Positions 57,389-64,000 of a stretch of 64,000 nt of DNA are shown here, one piece after another. Each line of letters opens with the position of its first letter. Position 1 is the stretch's first letter. The stretch is from an uncultured virus (IMG/VR IMGVR_UViG_3300021400_000484) (lineage: Duplodnaviria; Heunggongvirae; Uroviricota; Caudoviricetes). Below the pieces are notes generated by a model. It had not been told where the DNA came from and ran no database searches. It saw only the letters and a list, made by a program, of their open reading frames with translations. The stretch covers positions 1-64,000 of IMG/VR virus record IMGVR_UViG_3300021400_000484. One strand, written 5' to 3'. Position numbers and translations under genes: made by a program.

Positions 57389-59236
57389 TTAAATTTTGAG
57401 GCTTTTATTTTTCCAAATCCATCTTTTGTTTCCGCATCTAAAAACTTTATAAAATCCAAGAGAGTGCATTATAAAGTCTTCTTTTGATGAGGCGTTTTCG
57501 CAAATAGCTTTTTTGTATAAATCTGGGTATTTATATTTTAAATGTTTAGGTTGACATTGTTGTCTTGTATAAAACATATTGTCTTTAGCCCAATAATAAG
57601 GCAAGTCTGTTATTGATTCAAAAAAGAAACCTAGTTTTTTGTAGACTTCACCAGTGAAGTAATCACAGTCGCTGTAAGTTATTATGCTTTCAGGGGTAAA
57701 TTCCTTTTCAAAAGCAGAAAATATTTTTTCTGCTCCGCCAATAACTGAGTAACCAAACTTTACGCAATATCTTGATAAATCCCATTCAACCTCTTTTTGT
57801 TTACCAAATTTAGGTTTTGAAAAAGTCATAACAGAAATTAAGTCATCATTATAAAACAGCCCATAAGCAATAAGATTTCCGCTAGATTTACCTTTTAAAT
57901 GATATTTATCACAGAATTTGTTCGCATCTTTCAAATCTATTTTTTTTACTGTCGTTTTTCTTCCATATATTATTGTTTTTTGAATAAATAAATCTTTAAG
58001 AAATTGTTTAATTTTTTCTTTGTTTTCTATCCAGTCTTTGTCGAATATTGATATTAATCTTATGTTCTGTCGCTCACAAATTAAGTATTTATTTAAATTA
58101 TGTTCTTTTGTTTGCGTGAATCGTTCGCCATGCCATAAACTACCATTATATTCTATTGCAATATTTTTATCTTTACAGAATATGTCTAATTCGAGAAACC
58201 GATTAGATTTTTCACTTTTTATGGTTGTACGATTCCTTTTTTCTGCATTTGGATAAAATAACTTTATATAATTATAAATGGCATCTTCACTTGCAGATAT
58301 ACTTTGCTTGCAGTGTGGACATTTACAGGCAGGTTCCCCAGTCGAAATAACGATATGATTTCCAACATACTGGTTGTATATTCCATGTTTTTGACAATAA
58401 AAATCTAAATATTCAGTTGATGATATTTCTGATTTTTTAGCTCTTTCCTTATCATATTCATGTGCTAATTCATTTATAAACCAATCTGGATAGCAAGGAC
58501 GGTTTTTTATTATTGTTTTATTTCTTGATATTTTTTTATTTATTCTTCCACACACAGGACATCCCTGATTAGGTTTCCCAGTGGAAATGTAAATATGTGC
58601 ATCGACTCTTTGTTTATAATTTCCATGAATGTGACATTTAAATTCTATTTTATCAGACCAATTAAGTTCTTTAGAAATAGCTTTCTGTTTGTCATTATCA
58701 TTTGCTATATCATTTATAAACCATTGGGGAAATTTCCTTTTTTGCTTGTTTTTTTCTTTAACAGATTGTTTTTGTTTTATTATACCACATAGAGGACAAC
58801 CTTGCTTTTTAGATGATGTTTTGAAATCGATATGGTCTGCAACTATTTGGTTATAAACGCCATGTTCTTTACAAAAGAATTCTATTCTTTCATTATATTT
58901 TAAATCCTTATTTATTGCTTTCTGTTTGTTTTCTTCTGAATAGATTTCATCTATAAACCATTTCGGATATTCAGGTCTTTTTGATTTCTTTGTTTCTGAA
59001 AATTTAGCTTTTCTTTTAATTTCACTACATAGCTGACAACCTTTACGTTTTTCACCTGTGCTAAGTTTTATATGATCTGAAATTCTCTGTGTATAACATC
59101 CATGCTCTTTGCAGAAAAAATCTACAACATCCGAACTTTTTAGCTCATTATTCTTTGCTTTTTGTTTATCTTCTTCGTGAGCTAGTTCATCAATAAACCA
59201 GTCAGGAAATGCAGTTCTGTTTTTGATGTTTTTCAT
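57389..59236 (-). CDS. Free-standing homing-endonuclease-like protein with four zinc-ribbon repeats
   Basis: 4x PxWFIxE...FxCxxHGxYxQ...CxxC, then ELDIFC..IAIEYNGSLWH nuclease motif and a C-terminal LSRYC..GGA..TYSD domain. Confidence 0.8.
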   Translation of the reverse strand: MKNIKNRTAFPDWFIDELAHEEDKQKAKNNELKSSDVVDFFCKEHGCYTQRISDHIKLSTGEKRKGCQLCSEIKRKAKFSETKKSKRPEYPKWFIDEIYSEENKQKAINKDLKYNERIEFFCKEHGVYNQIVADHIDFKTSSKKQGCPLCGIIKQKQSVKEKNKQKRKFPQWFINDIANDNDKQKAISKELNWSDKIEFKCHIHGNYKQRVDAHIYISTGKPNQGCPVCGRINKKISRNKTIIKNRPCYPDWFINELAHEYDKERAKKSEISSTEYLDFYCQKHGIYNQYVGNHIVISTGEPACKCPHCKQSISASEDAIYNYIKLFYPNAEKRNRTTIKSEKSNRFLELDIFCKDKNIAIEYNGSLWHGERFTQTKEHNLNKYLICERQNIRLISIFDKDWIENKEKIKQFLKDLFIQKTIIYGRKTTVKKIDLKDANKFCDKYHLKGKSSGNLIAYGLFYNDDLISVMTFSKPKFGKQKEVEWDLSRYCVKFGYSVIGGAEKIFSAFEKEFTPESIITYSDCDYFTGEVYKKLGFFFESITDLPYYWAKDNMFYTRQQCQPKHLKYKYPDLYKKAICENASSKEDFIMHSLGFYKVFRCGNKRWIWKNKSLKI

Positions 59237-59319
59237 GGTGCTTTACCTTTAACACATACCTGAATTTTAGAGGGCAGGGAAGCAGGTAAATCTTCCTTTT
59301 CGGTTGGCCGACCTAGCCC
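59237..59319 (-). promoter_or_regulatory. Structured leader RNA motif, copy 4
   Basis: GGG-CTAGG..CCGAAAAG-GAAG[ATTTACCTG]CTTC-CCTG-CCC; downstream CAGGTA and GTGTT[AAAGGTAA]AGCAC-C-ATG. Confidence 0.75.
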
Positions 59320-59510
59320 AAATACTTTATAGCATATATTAAATAGTTTGTTAATCTTTTTATGTTCGTACTAAGTATGTGTTGTAAATGAAGTCTAAAT
59401 TTTATCTTTCTATCTATAACAAAAGAGAGGTTTATCTTATCAATCTTTAGATTGGTTAAATCACAAATAGTTTTCATACATTATTCATCTTTATAATAGG
59501 AGACAAAGCT

Positions 59511-60134
59511 ATGGCGCAAGGCTGTTACCCAAATAGTAAAGGTAATTACGGTGGTTTAGGAGCTGATGTATTTAAGAAGAATGCTCAATACGAAGTACAA
59601 AGGACATGCCACTTCGAGGTTTCACTCACATACATCCCAGGCAACGACACACAATTTCCGCAGGAATTTCGCGTCGCCGTGTCAGAAGTTTCATTCCCAG
59701 AGTGGAGTGTTGGTGACATCACATTATACATGGGCAATCAGAGTGTAAAAGTTTCTGGCCAGCCAGAACTAGGTGATGCAACGATTACGCTTAATGATTA
59801 TATTGGTATTGATCTTGAACACAGACTCTATAATTGGTGGAGACGTGTTTATGATCCGCAAACAGGTTTGATGGGTCTTGCTATTGACTACAAGACCAAT
59901 ATGAAACTCATCATGTACGCGCCAGATGGTTCGATGGAGCGTTCGTGGGATTGTTATGGTGTTTGGCCGACGACAGCCCCAGCAGGTTCGTTCTCTTATG
60001 AGGGGTCAGACAAGCGTACAATCGACATGACATTAAAAGTTGACAATATGTATCCAGATCTTGACGCCCGTGCAGGCATTCGTGAAGAAGCTGCTGCTAT
60101 TAACGAGAATGGTGGTAGTATTCTTAGACCATAA
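59511..60134 (+). CDS. Tail tube protein (T4 gp19-like)
   Basis: FEV, VSFP, GNQSVKVSG, LYNWW..VYDPQTG, DYK, YGVWPT; downstream of the sheath. Confidence 0.88.
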   Translation: MAQGCYPNSKGNYGGLGADVFKKNAQYEVQRTCHFEVSLTYIPGNDTQFPQEFRVAVSEVSFPEWSVGDITLYMGNQSVKVSGQPELGDATITLNDYIGIDLEHRLYNWWRRVYDPQTGLMGLAIDYKTNMKLIMYAPDGSMERSWDCYGVWPTTAPAGSFSYEGSDKRTIDMTLKVDNMYPDLDARAGIREEAAAINENGGSILRP

Positions 60135-60762
60135 GGTTCGTAAACATATCGCCATAATCTTTATACCACGGCTGCGGATGCATTCTTTCAACGAAGAATC
60201 CCAGCCGTTTTAGTTTAAGCATTTCTCGTTTTTCAGCATCTTTGCCTGAATCATCATTGTCGAAAGATAGAATTACATGATTGGTTAAAGTTCGCAAGAC
60301 TTCCATTTTCAAAACGGATATTGAATCAGTTAGACAAGCGAGTACATTTTTATTTATGTTATTTTTTATGTATTCGCAATCTGCTGTTCCTTCGCATATA
60401 ACAATAGGATCTGTGAACTTTCTTTCGGAAGGCAGGCAGCCGATGTTATAAAACATTGATGGTGTGCCGTTAGAAATATTGATAAAACGTTTATTCTTTG
60501 TGGCGCGGCATATAATTTCAATTATGCAGCCATCAATGATATTTGGAATAAACATAACCTGTTTTTCTGTATTTACGAATTCAACTAGGTTTTGTGGTAA
60601 ATCAGATAGTTTGTTGTTTTCTAACAAACCAGACAGGTTGGTTATATCAAATATTTTGAAGTTTTTATTATAGTAGTACCCAATGTAATGATACTTGCTG
60701 ATTTTGCTTTCGTTTTCTTCGATGCACCTTGCACACGAATAGATTTCATTTAGAGTTGTCAT
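60124..60762 (-). CDS. DNA primase, Toprim-domain protein
   Basis: ICEGTAD, LSFDNDDSG, KDYGD; no zinc-binding domain. Confidence 0.82.
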   Translation of the reverse strand: MTTLNEIYSCARCIEENESKISKYHYIGYYYNKNFKIFDITNLSGLLENNKLSDLPQNLVEFVNTEKQVMFIPNIIDGCIIEIICRATKNKRFINISNGTPSMFYNIGCLPSERKFTDPIVICEGTADCEYIKNNINKNVLACLTDSISVLKMEVLRTLTNHVILSFDNDDSGKDAEKREMLKLKRLGFFVERMHPQPWYKDYGDMFTNLMV

Positions 60763-60817
60763 TTTTTTTTATGTTTGTTTTGAGAAAAATTGCAGTTTTT
60801 TCAATTTAGTTTGTTTG

Positions 60818-61879
60818 TTATTTTCCGTTCACGGGTTCTCGGATATCTCTGCTTGGTGAGCTAATAAATATTTCAGGTTCTTCTTCATCGCAGAATCCAG
60901 AAGTAAGATTTATGCAATTTCTCAAGAACCCATCTTTTTCGCGTATTGTTATTATTGTTGGTGTGACGAATTCTGGATTTATGTTATTTTCTGTTTCTGT
61001 ATAGTTTGTCATAAATCCATATTCGATCAGAAGATCGTTTAGTAGTGTAGTGAATATTTTACCTTTTAGGTTTAAAGTTATAGTGCCTTCATAATTATAT
61101 TCATTTTTCATTTCTGCTGTGTATTGAGCGAGAATGATTCCTTTTATGAAAGCATAGAAGCAGTTAAACTTTACTTTTTTATCTATAAGATTTGCAACGT
61201 TTTTGTCGTCTCTGTCGTTTGCGGCAATAACGTAATAATGTCTTTTTATGTATTGGTCAATTTCTTCTTTTTCATAAACAGGATAATAGTTACCGTCCTC
61301 GTCTTGAACATATTTGGTATTCTTGGCAACAAAGTCAATGGCATATTCAGGTGATCCAGTTGTCTTTTCTCCTTCAGAATCAAGCACATAATTCCAACTT
61401 CCATCGTTGGTTATGTAATGCCATTTATCGCTGCCATCTTTTAATTTTACATAAATCTGTGAAGAATCTCTAAGTCTTGTGCTTTCGGTATAACCGATTT
61501 CATTATCACTATTTTTTACTATGTAAAATAGTTTGAATAGTGGTGCTGGCGGTCGCTGCGATATTGGGTCATAAGTGAGCCACCAATCATCGAACATCAT
61601 TCTTAAAGAATTTACAATTATCCTGTAATTATCTTCATTATTGTTTTCGTTTTCAAAAACATAATTAAGCAAATTTGTTAATTTATCAAATTCAGTTGTT
61701 GGTATTAAAGGATTCCATTGCAGATCAATTCTGAACTGCGATGATAAATTTCCTTGAGACAGTGCGTAGCCAAAAACGCCCCAAATAGTTGGAATAAGGC
61801 GAATCCAATCATCGGTTACGATCTGCCAGTATCTTATATAACCAGTTGTTTTATCTGTTGAAAAATATTGCCTAATCAT
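60818..61879 (-). CDS. Hypothetical protein
   Basis: 353-aa ORF. Confidence 0.7.
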   Translation of the reverse strand: MIRQYFSTDKTTGYIRYWQIVTDDWIRLIPTIWGVFGYALSQGNLSSQFRIDLQWNPLIPTTEFDKLTNLLNYVFENENNNEDNYRIIVNSLRMMFDDWWLTYDPISQRPPAPLFKLFYIVKNSDNEIGYTESTRLRDSSQIYVKLKDGSDKWHYITNDGSWNYVLDSEGEKTTGSPEYAIDFVAKNTKYVQDEDGNYYPVYEKEEIDQYIKRHYYVIAANDRDDKNVANLIDKKVKFNCFYAFIKGIILAQYTAEMKNEYNYEGTITLNLKGKIFTTLLNDLLIEYGFMTNYTETENNINPEFVTPTIITIREKDGFLRNCINLTSGFCDEEEPEIFISSPSRDIREPVNGK

Positions 61880-62001
61880 ATTTTTTTAGTTTGCTTATTT
61901 TTATGATATAGACTAATAATACATATTAGTCGTTTGTTATTACCATTTATAAACGATTACGAACGACATATCAATCCCTTTTTGATATTAGATATAAATG
62001 C

Positions 62002-62757
62002 GTGCTTATGTTTAATTCAGATGACAATTCCCATTTAACAGATTATCAGCTTGAACTCTTTTTAATGCGGAAAGAGATGCAAGATAAGGTCGATGAAACG
62101 TTGCTGAAAAACCCAAGGCGCAAGCTACCGAAAAAGAAAGCCAAACCGAATTCGGCATGGGTTATGTCTGAAATGAGAACTGATGATGGTGCTGTCACTG
62201 ATGTTGGTTGGGATCGCATTGAATCGCTTACACGCACAATTTTAAGAAAACATTTTCCGTCTATATCAATATATAAAGACCTTATTCAGATTGGTGTTAT
62301 TAAAGCAGCGCAAGTAATAATGGAAGATCCAGAAAATGGTGTTTATCGTTCGCTGAGAACTTATATTTATACTTGCATTAGAAATGAAATATCAAATTAT
62401 CTTTATCATACGCATAAGCGCACACGCGAGACAAGTGATGGTTTGATGTTTTGCAAGACAAGTTTTAAGCATTCGTCTATTGATAATAAATATATAGACA
62501 TGGTGTTTAATCGACTTCCAAAGAAATATAATAAATATAAAGAATTTATTACATCTGTCATTGCAGTGCTTTCTGATTCAGAAGATGAATATGATGACGA
62601 ATTGCTGTTTAATGAAGTGAGAATAAGAAGCTCTGAGCAAAACCTTGAACTTACGGATGAGGAGCTTAGAGAGAGTTTTGTCGATTTTATTCTGCCAGTT
62701 GAGAAACAAATAATAACATTGATTGTCAATGCAATACTTGTAGATCAGAGATCATAG
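62002..62757 (+). CDS. Sigma70 region-2-like protein (putative phage sigma factor)
   Basis: DLIQIGVIKAAQ...SLRTYIYTCIRNEISNYL. Confidence 0.65.
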   Translation: MLMFNSDDNSHLTDYQLELFLMRKEMQDKVDETLLKNPRRKLPKKKAKPNSAWVMSEMRTDDGAVTDVGWDRIESLTRTILRKHFPSISIYKDLIQIGVIKAAQVIMEDPENGVYRSLRTYIYTCIRNEISNYLYHTHKRTRETSDGLMFCKTSFKHSSIDNKYIDMVFNRLPKKYNKYKEFITSVIAVLSDSEDEYDDELLFNEVRIRSSEQNLELTDEELRESFVDFILPVEKQIITLIVNAILVDQRS

Positions 62758-62773
62758 GAGCTGAGTTCGCATA

Positions 62774-63490
62774 ATGTCTTCAATAACATCACTCTGTACT
62801 GTAATAAAACATGAATTTAAGGATATAGAAACAAAACTGGCATTGCTCGCTTTGGCAAACAAGAAACAGTGTGATTTCATTGAAATGCTTTATTATATAT
62901 TGGAGAATGATACACCTCTTTTTATAGAATTGTTTGGCGGACAGTTGTTAAAAATACCGACAAAAAATGAATTTCTCAAAGCAGAAAATAGTATAAGACT
63001 TTTCTTATATACGGTTGCGCATTCAGATAAGCCGAATCCTTTTATATGTACGTCATATCGTTTTGGTGTTTATATGGATCGTGTTTATTCAAATTTCATT
63101 GATAATTATGAAATTTTCATAAAGAACAAACCGACGAGCGAAATTGAACTTGAAGTGACAAACAAGGATTTGGATGCACTCGAAAAAATGTATTTAATTG
63201 CGAAAGAATCCCTCGCGAAAATAAAAGATGATTCGTCATTAAATAAAAGATATAGTAAATTCAGTAGTGGCAATAAGAAAAAAGAAGAACAAACAAATAA
63301 TGATAATTCCGAATATGACTTGCCTAATTCTGCTATGCTTCCAGAAGAAACAAGTGATGAAGACGCATATACATATTTGGAAACTGAATTTAATTACAAC
63401 TTTGACGAAAACATTGATCTATCTACGATTAAAGAAGTGGATGATGATGATGAGAAAGATTGCGCAAAGCAGCTTTCACTTTTTAAATAG
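62774..63490 (+). CDS. Hypothetical protein
   Basis: 238-aa ORF with SD AGGAG; FIELFGGQLLKIP. Confidence 0.7.
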   Translation: MSSITSLCTVIKHEFKDIETKLALLALANKKQCDFIEMLYYILENDTPLFIELFGGQLLKIPTKNEFLKAENSIRLFLYTVAHSDKPNPFICTSYRFGVYMDRVYSNFIDNYEIFIKNKPTSEIELEVTNKDLDALEKMYLIAKESLAKIKDDSSLNKRYSKFSSGNKKKEEQTNNDNSEYDLPNSAMLPEETSDEDAYTYLETEFNYNFDENIDLSTIKEVDDDDEKDCAKQLSLFK

Positions 63491-63500
63491 GTGAATCGTC

Positions 63501-64000
63501 ATGGCTAGTTTTACGAAGATCCCAAAGGATGATGATAAAAACGAAACTGTCGAAATACTTGCAGATACGATAGAGACTTCACTAAAAAAAGAAGTATCTG
63601 AATTAACGGAGCGGCAGCGCGATGAGTTTTTTAACTGGTTGTGTGGGCGGAGTGAGTCAATACCACCTTTTGTTGAGGGGCTAGTCAATAACCTTGCATA
63701 TAAAATAAACACTTCGATGGGATTTCTTTGTGCGATGTCTGTGTCTCGTTTATATAGGCTAACACAGTTTATGAGCGAGGCAGAGGAAATTATTTTCGAT
63801 CCAAATATGCTTAAAGCAATGTCAACAAAGGAAATCACCGAGACGTATAAAACTGCATCTACGGTTATCATGCAGACAATGGAGTTTATCCGACGTTATC
63901 TTGCACAGAATCAGGATGCAATCAATTTTGACACTAATTCTGGTTCGTCTGCTGTGTCGCAACTACTATCAACGTTGCCGCCAGAAAAACTTGCTCAATT
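63501..64000 (+). CDS. Hypothetical protein, partial (runs off the window)
   Basis: SD AGGTG, ATG at 63501 (MASFTKIPKDDD...), open to the window end. Confidence 0.65.
   Translation, partial: MASFTKIPKDDDKNETVEILADTIETSLKKEVSELTERQRDEFFNWLCGRSESIPPFVEGLVNNLAYKINTSMGFLCAMSVSRLYRLTQFMSEAEEIIFDPNMLKAMSTKEITETYKTASTVIMQTMEFIRRYLAQNQDAINFDTNSGSSAVSQLLSTLPPEKLAQ

Noticed and set aside
63476..63871. Minus-strand 131-aa ORF
   Set aside because: Antisense to a plus-strand ORF with an SD starting at 63501 that continues the operon.

Overview
This AT-rich window is a fragment of a large T4-like/jumbo myovirus genome in the standard genetic code. The left part (1-21.4 kb, mostly minus strand) holds a >2,760-aa repeat-rich tail fibre running off the edge, further fibre/virion genes, an ATP-dependent DNA ligase, a lytic transglycosylase, an intact IscB element with its omegaRNA, and thymidine kinase. 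The middle (22-41 kb, mostly plus) holds a free-standing endonuclease, a VapE-like P-loop NTPase, a formate/nitrite channel, a deoxynucleoside kinase, SbcC/SbcD-like genes, a beta clamp, a TnpB element and virion proteins. 41.4-44.3 kb is an almost protein-free RNA cluster: tRNA-Tyr, -Arg, -Ile(UAU), -Leu(UAA) with a group I intron, five tRNA-like RNAs with rebuilt anticodon arms, a ~310-nt RNA carrying both loops of the 23S rRNA GTPase-associated centre, and two orphan TnpB-type omegaRNA scaffolds. The right part holds the tail module (hub, chaperones, tape measure with NlpC/P60, split sheath, tube), a second endonuclease, a Toprim primase and a sigma-like gene. The two best candidates for undescribed systems are (1) a four-copy, covarying kissing-loop leader RNA directly ahead of nuclease start codons and (2) the translation-mimic ncRNA cluster. 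All calls were made by eye; no searches were run.
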